Shown here: one piece after another, positions 14,031 to 27,645 of the stretch | Position numbering within the stretch: position 1 is the stretch's first letter | How the letters are laid out: every line of letters begins with the position of its first letter | NCBI RefSeq assembly: GCF_009914755.1 | Contig: NC_060929.1 | From: the human T2T-CHM13v2.0 reference genome, Homo sapiens | Length of the DNA: 64,000 bases | Strand: one strand, 5' to 3' | The notes under the pieces: model-generated | Databases searched by the model: none | The model's input: only the letters and a program-made list of their open reading frames with translations | Told to the model about the DNA's origin: nothing | Translations under genes and position numbers: made by a program

Positions 14031-15503
14031 TATTAACTATACGTTATTATAGGGAATTCTTATTGAATATTTAAGAGAAATATACAGAAATAGAATAAAC
14101 AAATGATAAATGACAACAAAGATAAAGGAATACATCAAAAAGATATAGAAACCAGTAAGAAAATATTAAATGGAGGCTACTAGATATATTAAAAAACTGA
14201 ATGACAAAGATGAATTTAAACATAAACACACACACACAACATCAATCATTGACTCTAACATTTTTAAAAATAATGAATAAAGTTTGGATAAAGTACAGGC
14301 TCATCACTTTAGTTATTCTGACATTTGGCTGAAATATACCTATATTTTCTTTTTAAAAATATTCAGTATCGTTTGTCCTGCTTTAAAAACTATAAAAATG
14401 TGGCCAACATTCTGGGATTTCAGAGTAAATCAAATTAATTCTCATGACATTGGTTTTGCAATTGAAATTCTTATATCTATAAAGGAAATTGAATTTTTCT
14501 ACTAAGAGTTCAAGTGGCAAATAATTTTTAATAACTGGTGACTTAGTGCTTTTGACCCTTGCTTTTTCTAATAGTTTTTCATTTTCCCTGAAGGAAGCAT
14601 CATCCTGCAAAATACAATACTCTTTTCTCTTTTCAATATTATGTGTCTGGAGAGATTTATCCGCTATTTTAGAAAACGATAATGAGTGCCACATTTATTT
14701 TCCTAATTTACTTTTTTATCGACAATGAATACATTCTTATAATTGACTACAGGATGCGTTATTTCAAGTGGAACATCAAAAAATTATCATTTATTTTGTA
14801 AAGAGAATTAAGAACATAATGTGCCAAAGAGATAAAGGGAAATAATCTTTTCTTTTGTCTCTTTTTTTCCCCTCAATGCTGTTTTACTCAGCCTACCTTG
14901 GTTGAAAAAGAGTAAGTTATCTCTTTAGTACATTTTGGTTTAGAAGCTTTGAGTTTCTCCTTGTGTTCTTTTCATTTGAATACACTTATTCTTCTGGATT
15001 TGGAGAATAGGCTCCCTGATATGTTCTAGCTTTGACAGCAAAGGCAATTTCTTTATCCAGTGACAACTCAGGTGTTCCAAAGTGACTGGCCACTGGGGCA
15101 ATAAGTGTTTCCTTTGTAAAGATTCTATATTAGACAGGTCATAGTTGTCGGGAACCGAAGTTGTATTCTCCCACAACTCTTTGAATCAAAGTGATATTTT
15201 GGCTCCCAGTGACTGACTTCTTTGGTTATCCCCAAATTGATTCTGAACTGGGTTTGAGGACTATAATTTATTGGGAATATTTTTATACCACGATCTATTA
15301 ATTGTCAGGGAATATTATGAATAGTGAATAAGATGAAGATGCAAATGTCATTAAAAAACAAGCCCCTGGCACAGCGAAGGTAGGTAACTGTAGACTTTGG
15401 TGCCACAGTAATAAAATCAGGTGCTTTGGGTTTGTTTTGGCTGGAGTTTGGTTTGATTATTTGCTTGTTTTTGTCTTTTCTTTTTCCACCACTCTTTCCA
15501 GCT

Positions 15504-16006
15504 GAGTATTCCCCACTTATATGCAGTTTCACTTTCTGGAATTTCAGTTACCCATGGTCAGCTACAGCCTAAAAATATGAAATAGAAAATTCCAGAAATA
15601 AATAATTTATGACTTTAAAATGACATGTCATTCTGAGAGGCATGATGAAATTTCACTCAACTGCAGAATATGAACCCTCCCTTTGTCCATGCTGTATATA
15701 CATCTGCCCATTAGTCACTTAGTAGCCATCTACATTATCAGATTGTATGTAGCATTATCATAGTGCTTGTGTTTAAGTAACCCTTATTTCACTTAAAATG
15801 GTCTAAAAGTGCAAGAGTAGTGATGCTTGCATATTGTTATAGTTGTTCTATTTTATTGTTAGTTACCATTGTTAATCTCTCACTGTGCCTAATTTATAAA
15901 GTAAAATTTATCTTAGCAATATATGTATTGGAAAAATGCATGTGCAATTTTAGGCATCCACGGGGATTCGTGGAGCATATCCCTCACAAATAAGGAGGGG
16001 GTACTC
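15504..16006 (+). mobile_element. MER44 (Tigger7-derived) non-autonomous DNA transposon
   Basis: Terminal inverted repeats gagtattccccacttat ... ataaggagggggtactc followed by TA; internal ttcagttacccatggtca...aaaattccagaaataaa. Confidence 0.85.
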
Positions 16007-16335
16007 TATCTGATACTGTGTCTGCATGAGAGGCATTAGCCTTGGACCTTGTGGGATTATAATCTTACTGTAACTATAGTGCATATCCATGGCTGGCTTT
16101 TTTTTTTTTTTAATTCAGGTGTAACAGTACTGGCAGCTTTAGATGACCAATAATGCCTTCAGTACAGCTCCAGGCCATATGTTTCCTGGCCGTACAGCTT
16201 GACATTGAAACCACATAGGTTTGGCTTACTTTAGTGTTGCAGGAAAGGCTGTGATGTGATTGGGTCATTTCTGGCAGTAGGTGAGCAGAAAAACATTTTG
16301 TTGCTTTTGCAATTTTAATTCCTGTGAAGGGGAAA

Positions 16336-16760
16336 TGTTTTAGTTTCTTTTCAGTTCCAATAAGTGTATATAACAGGCTGAATAATTTATAAAGAATATA
16401 AATGTATTTCTTATAGTTCTGGAAGGTAGGATGTACCAAGGTCTAGGGGCTACACCTGGTGGGGGCTTTCTTCCTGATGGGGACTCTGCAGAGTCCTGAC
16501 GTAGCACTGGTCACCACATGGTGATGTGGCTCACAAGAGACACTGGTTTTTATAACAAATCTACTCTTGTGATAACTAATCCACTCCCTTAGTAACCCAT
16601 TAATTCATTAACCCATTAACCTCACTAAACCATGAATGTAATACTCCATTTGTAAGTACGGTGCCCTATCACCTCTAAAAACCCCAATTCTTAATACATT
16701 TAAATTGGGAATTAAGTTTTAAAATGAGTTTCAGTGGATACAAACATTCAAACCATAACA
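16336..16760 (-). mobile_element. MST (MSTC/D-like) MaLR solo LTR
   Basis: tgttttagttt...aatttataaagaat...tggggactctgcagagtcc...caaacattcaaaccataaca. Confidence 0.82.
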
Positions 16761-17553
16761 AGAAGTGATTAATACGTCCATGATTTTTGTTAAAATAAAA
16801 AAAAAGTGGTGACATAACCAGCAACTGTGCTTTCCTAACCCAGGCCTCTTTTCTCTCCAACCGTTTTCTAAATGTTCTTCAGTCTGATACTCTCCCCATT
16901 ATGGAAATAATTGTGATTCTTCAGTTCTGCCTGTTGCAGAAATAATTCAACATGACAATTCTCTATTATGTAAAACATCTAACTCTCCTTAGAATCTGCT
17001 CTACCAATGAAATAGTTGTTACATTTATATTTGTGTGTCTAACTTCTGTCTTTATTTTTTTTCATAACTTAGGATTGGAAGAAAAAAGACAGATTTTTTC
17101 TGGGTGAAAATACATAACATGAAATACACAACATGAAAATGCAAATATTTGTCATTTTTTCCTTCTTTGCTTTCAATTTTTGAAGGTTTTCTATTTAACG
17201 ACTTGCAAATTTCAGAAAATAAATGCCTATTTTTAAACAATATCAACAGAAATGTGTGTGGAGTTGACAGATCATATTTAATGATAAGACTTAAAAATTT
17301 GGTGGACATCTTTTAATTGACATTTAGACTTAGTTTACTCATGCCCTTAAATTAGTGGATGCAGCTGACTTAAATTAAAACTTAATTTTCATCTCTTTTT
17401 GACTATGGCTGCCAGAGAAACATTACATCTGCAGCATATGTCATTATGTGCCAAGTAACATTACTTTGCACCATTACTGTCAATATTTCAATAACGTATA
17501 TAAAACACCTTAAGTGTTTTAAGTAAGTTTAAGTAGGACCCATAGACTTTTCC

Positions 17554-17878
<325 letters not shown>

Positions 17879-18366
17879 TAGTGTTTTATTTTCATCATTA
17901 TGTCCATGTTGCCTCTGAAGAAATCAAATAAATACCAAATAGAAATATAAATATGTAAGTAACAGAATTAACCTGGGTTCGTTGACTAATAAAATAATAT
18001 CACAAATTCATTTATAAACTCTTTAGAAAACAAGCAAAGAAATTATTACTACACAGAAAGTGGCAACAACACAAAGATAGGGCCTTTACATACTGTGTCT
18101 TTTTTCACACAAGAAACCACATATAAGTAACACAAATCTTTCTGATTCTCTAATAGATATAAGCCATACTTTAGTTTCCATTTACTTTTGACTATTTTAA
18201 ATATTGAATTTCTTTAGGATTTTTCTTTCTTTTTTATTTTTCAAAATGTGTCGTAAGCGTTAACAGTCATTAAGTGAATTAAGGAGGGTGGTGCAGCAGA
18301 AAGAGAGTTAATTTCGTGCATCTAATTTTATATGTTGACTCACTTGTTTTCTATATAATTCTATAT

Positions 18367-18402
18367 ATTAACTTCAGAATATATATATATTCTGAAGTTA
18401 AT
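18367..18402. repeat. Perfect 36-bp palindrome
   Basis: attaacttcagaatatat|atatattctgaagttaat is its own reverse complement. Confidence 0.97.
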
Positions 18403-18700
18403 CATACACAATAGCAGTTGCTATCATTTCACAAAAGAAAAAGAAGATAAAGAGTATATATGTTTGCCAAATAGTATTCATCACTTTTTGGTATAAAATC
18501 TTTCTAAATGTGTCAAATTAATTTTTCTACAGGCATATGACTAGTAGTCATAAAATTAGTATACATGATGGTATTTATACAATTTATGCAATATTGTGTT
18601 TATCAGAATAAATTTTTAAATTTTTAGTTTTTTAATTTTCCATTTATAATGAACTCCTTAACATTTTGGTTTATATTTTTTATTATTACTAAAAAGTTAA

Positions 18701-18954
<254 letters not shown>

Positions 18955-19749
18955 CTATTTTAAACTACAGAATACTGGTATATTACATGTCCAGAATCTT
19001 TAACATTTCTTTTGATTACAATATTTATTCTCTCATCCACCCATGCTAAGAAAATAGTAGCAAACTCAGAAAGTAAAATCTCCCCAGCCATTCATCAGGC
19101 TGGAGTAACAGACACAAAGTCAGCTGCAATTTTAATAGGAAATCTCTTTTTTCCCCTCAGGAATGCAGCAATTCAAACTATTATAGCATCCCCTTGCCCT
19201 TTTCTTTGAGTTATTACTGCTTTATAACTCACTGAGAAATTTTATTTTCTAAAACAATAGAATATCATAACATTGATTTTGAAGTTATACCTGTAAGAAT
19301 GAGACATCCCACTCTTGAGTGGAAAACCTAAGTCACTTTAAAAAGAAGTTGTCTTGATTTATAGCCTAGGAACACATAGATTGTAGAAGCCTTCAGGTAA
19401 GGACTTTTAGACTCAGAATCCCAAATCAATCTTCACACTGTATTTTCAAAGAAAATGGTATTTGGGTTGACTGTCCAGCAGAAACCGGATGTGGATCCCA
19501 CATTTATACATAGCCCTGTTTTTCTTTAAGCCATATAAAAAACCTGCTTCATTTTTCGCTAAAAACCACTCTTTCCCCTATTAGTATAATCCATCTTTTT
19601 TTTGTTGTTGTTCAGTGAATTGTCCCACGGTTTTTCTGACGGGCGATTTCCAAGTCTCCCGCAATGTAATCAAATAATAAAGCTTTGAATATTTTCTGTC
19701 ACTCATTTGGCTAGGGACATTTATTGTCTAAAATTTTTAAGATAAATGT

Positions 19750-20400
19750 GAATAAGCCACAACTCCTACTGGGTATGAAAGTGAAAAAGTAGATATGCCG
19801 CTTTCCTGATAAAACTCATCATAGTGAGGAATTCATGCCATAATAAAAACTACACAATTAATATAATTTGAGTGATAATTGTTTACAATAAGATAAATGG
19901 GACAATTGAAAAGAGTGGCTGAGGAGGCGAATGCATTTGATATGCTGGTTGGGAAGGACTCCCTGAGAGGGATTATTTGAAACTAGTGTTAAATGATGAC
20001 AAGGGTCCAATACTGGGCTATTTTATGGAAGAGCATTCCAGGCAGCAGGACACCAAAGGCAGGTGAATATCATGGAATCAGGACAAGAATTGGCAAATGT
20101 ATATTAGAAAAGCTGAGGTAGGACCAAATCATGTACAATTTGTAAGATAGGTTTTATTTAATTCTAGTTTTAATGAGAAGTTTTAAGAAAAGTGGGAAAT
20201 GGACTTTAGAGGAAAAGGGGGGAGGAAAAGTACAGTTTAGCAGCTATTGGAGAGGTATAGGCAAAAGGTAGAATAGGAAGCATGTTGAAATAAAGGATTC
20301 AAAAGTATCACCAAGATTTTAGGTCTTAGCAACTGGGAGGATGCTGGTGACATTAACTGAAAATCCAAGAGGAAAAAATGTTTCAAAAATAAGGTGACTT
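19750..20400 (-). mobile_element. L2 relic
   Basis: gggaaggactccctgagagg...atttgaaactag...ggaagagcattccaggcagcagga...caagattttaggtcttagcaactgggaggatgctggtgacattaactga. Confidence 0.7.
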
Positions 20401-20404
20401 ACAT

Positions 20405-20710
20405 TGGAATTATCTTCCTGTGGTAAACAATATAAATAACAAATAATATTAAATAATTACTTTTGTACTTTGGATAACAGGCAGCACAAGATTATGACTC
20501 TTGAAAGACAGAGAACAAATTAAGTGAACCCAATAATTGTTCCCAATGTAGGGCCGAAAGGCAGTTTCCAGGCCACAGTAGAGACAGAGAACAAAATAAA
20601 ACCTCAAATTCTTGCTGAGTTGAGAAGAGTTTAGACTCAAGGCAAGTAAGGTCGCTAGAAATGGATCTGCAGAGAGCCAGGGAAGAAAGTGTTGCCCATG
20701 AGTGAAAGAG
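20405..20710 (+). mobile_element. Possible old L1M 5' fragment
   Basis: ttggataacaggcagcacaagattatgactcttgaaagacagagaacaaattaagtgaaccc resembles L1M 5' regions. Confidence 0.45.
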
Positions 20711-20959
20711 AACTTACGTTTGTAAATGAAAAGTATTCTGCCCTATTAGTGATATTTTTGCACTGTGAAAGGAGATACATTTGTAACTCTGAGCATCTTT
20801 CCAACTTTTCTGTTCTCACTCCACCATTGAGGAAATAGATTGTCTTGTCTAATTGCTAAATTTGGACAAAATAAGTAAACGTGTGAGGATTAAATTAGTA
20901 TTCTTGGTTGTCCACCGCTTACCTGTGTTGGAATTATGTATTCATGCTCTTTGATGAAT

Positions 20960-21377
20960 GTGTTTTAAATGACCCCAGAGTTTGTATTATATACTTTCCA
21001 ATCTCACTGATTCATGTGTACTCACATGACCTGCTTTGGAAAAAAGAATATGGGCAGAATTATCAACAGGCCAATTTTGAGCCCAGTTATGATGTGGCAT
21101 TCTTTGTTTCCAGTCAGCCATTTGTGGTACAATGATGGCTATGACAAAGACATGCTCAGCTAGGTGTTGAGCCAGAGAGAACACAGAGACACAGGGACAG
21201 GCCTCAGCCCACAGCAGCCTGATAACCCAGTTGGCTTCTAGCCTGAAGCGGAGTCACCCCACTGATAGATACACCAGACCTGTGAAGGAGAAAAATATAT
21301 GCTCGTTGCGGTTTTAAACTACTGAATTTTGCAGTGGTTTGTTACCAGCATCATCGTAGCAATAGTAAAGCAATACA
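20960..21377 (+). mobile_element. MLT1 (MLT1I/J-like) LTR
   Basis: 3' end gttttaaactactgaattttgcagtggtttgttaccagcatcatcgtagcaatagtaaagcaataca; 5' boundary uncertain. Confidence 0.65.
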
Positions 21378-23264
21378 ACATGATTGATCTGGGATACTTC
21401 TGCCTAGCAGTGAGCTGCTGAAAGGTAGCACCTGTCAGCCTTTCTCTACACTAAGCCCTCTCCTGTCCAGAACTGTTTTTTACACGGTGGCTAGCTTTGC
21501 CTAATGCTAATGTTGATTTAGTAGGTCCATTTGGTTCTCAGGCTAAGTCAAATCCTCCAACTTATTCTCTAATTAAGATAATATTTGTCCTCCATATTTA
21601 CTACTTAATTTATTCTCAGATTTTTCCACAATAAGAGTGGGATGCTATATATTTTGAGACTCCCTTGAAGCAGCAGTATGACACACATAGTTGTGAAACC
21701 TGTTGCCCACAGACATGTCAAACAATCTAAGAGGGATGATATGTTCCTTGGCATTTAGCAAATTTCCTAGGAATGCATTTGCAGACAATATAATTGTTTG
21801 TGTACCCATGTAAATTAAGTCACATGGATTTATCTTTAAACAGTTGACTCACACATTTAATAACAAAGAACAATATTATTACAGAATTTTTTGTGACATC
21901 ATTGAAGAATTAGGTTGTAATATTTGCTAATAATTCAGTGATCCTTCTGCTGAAGTATCAAATTTGTGATTCACTGTTTAATATCACCTGAAACATTGGC
22001 TAATCATCTACAATCTAAAGAAATCAGGGGGCATAATGCCAGTTAGAGATGGCTATCCTCATTTACAGAAATCTAAAATCACCTCGCTAATTGCTTAGAA
22101 AGCTTATACCACTATATTCAACATTCACAGAATGTACAACCTTTTCAAGAACACATGGAATATTTTCCAAAACACACACAAAATAGTTTATATGAAGCAC
22201 CATAGAACAAGTTTTACTAAATGCCCAGGAATTTAAGTCATACATCGTATACTCTTTGACCATAATAAAATTAGACTAGAAAGCAAAGATATAACTTTTA
22301 AGTTTACAAATGTGTGAAAATTAAGAAACACATTTTAAAAAATGCAATGGGAATTAATATATTTTGGAGTGAAGATAATGAAAACAAAGATTATCAAATT
22401 TTGGGGGCTGGCAGCTAAAGCAGTGTTTCATGAGTTACAAGTTTAGTTTTAAAGAAAATATTAAAAGAAAACAGCATAAAATAATAATCTGTACCTTGAT
22501 TGTAGAAAAGAGTTTAACCCAATAGGAAAGACATAATAATATAAAAGCAAAAATAAAATATTAAGCATACGTTAAAGAAAAAAATCTGATTAAGTCTAAA
22601 GTTGGCATATAACTTTTAAGAAAATTAACAAACATTGAAAATCAGATCAAGAAGAGAAATCAAAACTAGCAACACATATTACACTACAGATCCTCCAGAT
22701 CTAACTATTATAAGATGGTAACATATAAAACTTTGTAGGAATAAATTTGCGAACTTAGGTGAAATATATAAAATATTTGGGAAAGAGAAACACACTTACC
22801 AAAGCTCAAATGAGGAAATATAGAAACCAATCATTTTTATACATTGACAAAATAATTGAGCCCACATATTACAACTTCAGAATGAACATGATACCATAAC
22901 GTGGCAGAAAAAAACAAATAAATGTAAAGGCGATGTCTTAAAGTCGATGTAAAAATGCAAAATAAAATGTGATAAAGCACAATCTAGAAATATACAAAGT
23001 AATACTACATCATGATTTTGTAGGAACTTTACATTCCAACATTTCAAATTAGTTTAACATTAAATAAGTATTAAAATATTTCAGTACATTAACAGTAAAG
23101 AAGAAAATCAATAAAATATTTTGCTAAATAAATACATTAAAATACTTGACAAAAGTAAGCACAGAAAATGGTTAAGTGAAATCTCAAAAATAGAGAGCAT
23201 AAGGAACTTTTCAGTCTGCAAAGATACCAAAATATGCAACTAATATTCAACTTCAAAGAGATAA

Positions 23265-23694
<430 letters not shown>

Positions 23695-23830
23695 TGTCAT
23701 TATTCTTAAATAACAAGATTATATACAAAGAATGACCTACCTGTGGGAACTATCAAAAAATAAAAAAGTAAAACTCAAAGGATCAATATGTAAATAATTT
23801 TGTAGCTTCATTGTAAATTATATACATATG

Positions 23831-23843
23831 GTGTGTGTGTATG

Positions 23844-23892
<49 letters not shown>
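23831..23892 (+). repeat. Compound (GT)n(AT)n(AG)n microsatellite
   Basis: Seen directly. Confidence 0.95.
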
Positions 23893-23896
<4 letters not shown>

Positions 23897-24473
23897 TTCC
23901 ATTTTGTTTTCAAATCTCAGCAAAGCTTTGATTGTGTCCTCTAAGTCATTCAGGTTGTAAAAAGAACAGCCAGCATTTCAGATGTTTTTAAAGAGTGGCC
24001 CACATATTTTAAATGAGTAGATGTAAGTCACTGTTATTGATGTTTAACATTGATATTGTTAAACATTCTATAGGCCTAGGAATATATCTAGTAAAAGCTA
24101 TGCAAAAACAATAATCTAATTCTACAAAACATTGCTGAGTAAAGTTAAGGAAGACCTAGGTACATGGAAAAGCATTTGTAGCTCATGGATTGGAAGAACT
24201 TAAAATATTAAGAGATAAATTCTATCCGAAATATTCAATTCAATCTAAAGTATTAAGACATCAGTTCTGACAAAATTTGTTTAGAAATCCAAAGTGAGTC
24301 CAAGCAACCACAGTAGTTTTTTGTAGAATTTATTTTTAAATGTTGGTTCTAAAAATTATTGAAAATGCAGAGTGCCTAGAGTCAAGAAAAGCTTGAGAAG
24401 AGCAAAATTATAAGATTTAGACTATCAAAGATACAGCCTAAAACTAGCAATTAAGAAAATATTCAGTGTTGTC

Positions 24474-27209
24474 ATCAATGTTATTAAAATGGCCGTACTG
24501 CCTGAAGCAACTTATTGATTCAACATTATTTCATTAAACTACAAATGAATTTCTTCACAGAACTAGGAAAATAATTTAAAAATTAATATGGAACCAGAAG
24601 ACAGCCTGAATAGCCAAGGCAATCCTAAGTAAAAAGAACAAAGCTAGAGGCATCAATACCACCTGACTTCAAACTATACTGTAGGGCTATAGTAACCAAA
24701 ACACCATGGTACTGGCACAAAAACAGACACATGAAACAATGTAATAGTAAAAGAAAGAAAAGGAAAATTTCAGCCCATACGCTTGATAAACACTGATGCA
24801 AAAATACCCAACAAAATACTGGCAAACCAAACCCAGGAGCACATCAAAAAGCTAATCCACCATGATCAGGTAGGCTTTATCCCTAGGATGCAAGGGCGTA
24901 TTAACATATGCAAATCAATAAATGTGATTCATCACACAAACAGAGCTAAAGACAAAAACCACATGATCATCTCAATAGATGCAGCAAAAGCTTTTAATAA
25001 AATTTAATGTCCATGTTAAAAATTCTCAGCAAACTAGATATTGAAGGAACTTAACTCAAAATAATAAAAGTCATCTATTACATACCCACAGCCTACATCA
25101 TAATGAATGGGCAAAAGCTGAAAGAATTCCTCTTGAAAACCAGCACAAGACAAAGATGCTTTCTCTCACTACTCCTTTTCAACGTACTATGGGAAGGCCT
25201 GACCAAAGCAATCAGGCGGGAAAAATAAAACATCCAAATACAGAGAGAGAAAATCAAACTATCTCTGTTTGCAGAGGATATGATTCCATATCTAGAAGAC
25301 CCCATAGTCTGCTCAAAAGCTGTTTGAGCTGATAAGAAACTTCAGCAAAGTGGCAGGATACAAAATCAATGTAAAATATCATTAGCAGTCCTATACACCA
25401 GCAATAGCCAAGCCAGGAGCCAAATCAGGAACGCAATCCCCTTCACAATTGTCACAAAAAGAATAAAATACCTAGAAATACAACTTACCAGGGAGGTGAA
25501 AAATCTCTACAGTGAGAATTACCAAACAGTGCTCAAAGAAATCAGAGGTGACACAAATGAACGGAAAAACATTCCTTGCTCATGGATGGGAAGAATCAAT
25601 ATAGTTAAAATGGCCATAATGTCGAGTGATTTACAGGTTCAATGCTATTCCTGTCAAGCTAGCAATGACATTCTTCAAAAAACTAGAAAAAAAAAAGCTA
25701 TTTTAAAATTCTTATGGAACCAAAAAAGAGCCCAAATAGCCCAGGCGATACTAAGCAAAAAGAACAAAGTTGGAGGCATCACAATACTTGACTTCAAAGT
25801 ATGCCTCAGGCCTACAGTAACCAAAACAACATGACACAAAATCAGACACATAGACCAGTGGAACAGAATACAGAGCTCAGAAATTAGTCTGAGCCTTATT
25901 TGTTCTTCAATAAATTTGACAAAAACAAGCAATGGGGAAAGGACTCCCTATTCAATAAGTGGTGCTGGGATAACTAGCTAGACATATGCAGAAAATTGAA
26001 AGTGGATGCCTCCCTTACACTATATACAAAAATCAACTCAAGATGGATTAAAGACTTAAATGTAAAACCAAAAACTATAAAAATCCTGGAAGACAACCTA
26101 GGCAATACCATTCTGAACAGAGGAACTGGCAAAGACTTCATGACAAAAATGCCAAAAGCAATTGCAACAAAATCAAAAAATGATATATGGGATTTAATTA
26201 AACTAAAGACCTTCAATTAAAAGAAAGTATCAACAGATTACACAGACAACCTACAGAATGGGAGAAAATTTTTGTAAATGATGCATCTGACAAAGATCTA
26301 ATATCCAGCATCTATAAGGAACCTAAACAAATTTACAAAAAACCCGCAAACAACCCCATTAAAAAGTGGGAAAAACATGAGCAGCCACTTTTCAAAAGAT
26401 ATACATGTGGCCAAAAACTATATGAAAGAAAAGCTCAACATCACTGAACATTAGAGAAATTCAGATCATAACCACAATGAGATACCGTCTCACACCAGTC
26501 AAAACGGGTATCATTAAAAAGTCAAAAAATATCAGGTGCTGGCAAGGTTACAGAGAAAAAGGAATGCTTATATACTGTTGGTGAGAATGTAAATTAGTTC
26601 ATATTGTGGAAAATAGTGTGGCAATTACTCAAAGGCAAAAATCAAAACTACTATTCAACCTAGCAATTTCATTAAGGGGTGTATACCCCCCAAAACGTAA
26701 ATCATTCTGTCTTAAAGACAAACAAATGTATATTTTCATTGTAGTTATTCACAATTGCCAAGATACAGAATCAACATAAGTGTCTATCAGTGATTTACTG
26801 GATAAAGAAAATTTAGTACATATACACCATGAGATACTATGCAGCCATACAAAGAATAAAATTATGCCATTTGCAGGAACATGGGTGGAGCTGGAGGCCA
26901 TTATCCTTAGCAAACTAATGCAGGAACAGAAAAGCATACACTGCATGTTCTCACTTAAAAGTGGGAGGTAAGTAATGAGAACACATGGACACTTCGAGGA
27001 AAACAACAGATACCAGGACCTACCAGAAAGTGGAGAATGGGAGGAGGAAAAAGATCAGGAAAAATAACTAATGGGTACTAGACTTAATATATTGGTGATT
27101 AAATGATCTATAAAACAAACACCCATGACATGAGTTCACCTGTATAGCAAACCTACACATGCACCCCGAAACAAAAATAAAAGTTACATAGAATTTTAAA
27201 AATTAAAAA
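24474..27209 (+). mobile_element. 5'-truncated L1 (L1PA13-15-like), preceded by an extra ~280 bp ORF2 segment
   Basis: ORF2 remnants ([30 protein letters not shown]); 3'UTR gatcaggaaaaataactaatgggtactag; candidate TSD agtgttgtc/agtattgtc. Confidence 0.93.
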
Positions 27210-27379
27210 AGTATTGTCTCAGTGATAAATGAAACAGAATTGAGGCTCCAGAATCCATTTTAAAAAAGCCTCACTGTATTTATTTTGAATAGGATAACTA
27301 AACCAAAGAGGAAAGTAACCCAGGTAACTATATAACGGTGCTATTACCATATATATTTATGCATATCCTTATGAAAGTC

Positions 27380-27645
27380 AAATGAAATTTTAAAAGAGGC
27401 ACAGTGTCATAATTTACTCACAAATGAATATGAATTCAGAGATAATCAGATAGATACCAACAGATGGATAGATATAGATAGCCAAATAGATGTTAGATAG
27501 ATAAATAGATTGATAGAGATGGATAGATAGAGGTGGTAAAACAAATGTGGCAAAATGTGAACAATTTGTGAATCTGGGTGAATCATGGGAAATAGTTTCA
27601 GATTTTCTGTAAGTTTAAATTAAAGTGCAGATGTTAGTTTTTAAA
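27380..27645 (+). mobile_element. L1MC/L1ME 3' end fragment with GATA-rich low-complexity tract
   Basis: aaaacaaatgtggcaaaatgtgaacaatttgtgaatctgggtgaa...ttttctgtaagtttaaat. Confidence 0.6.
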
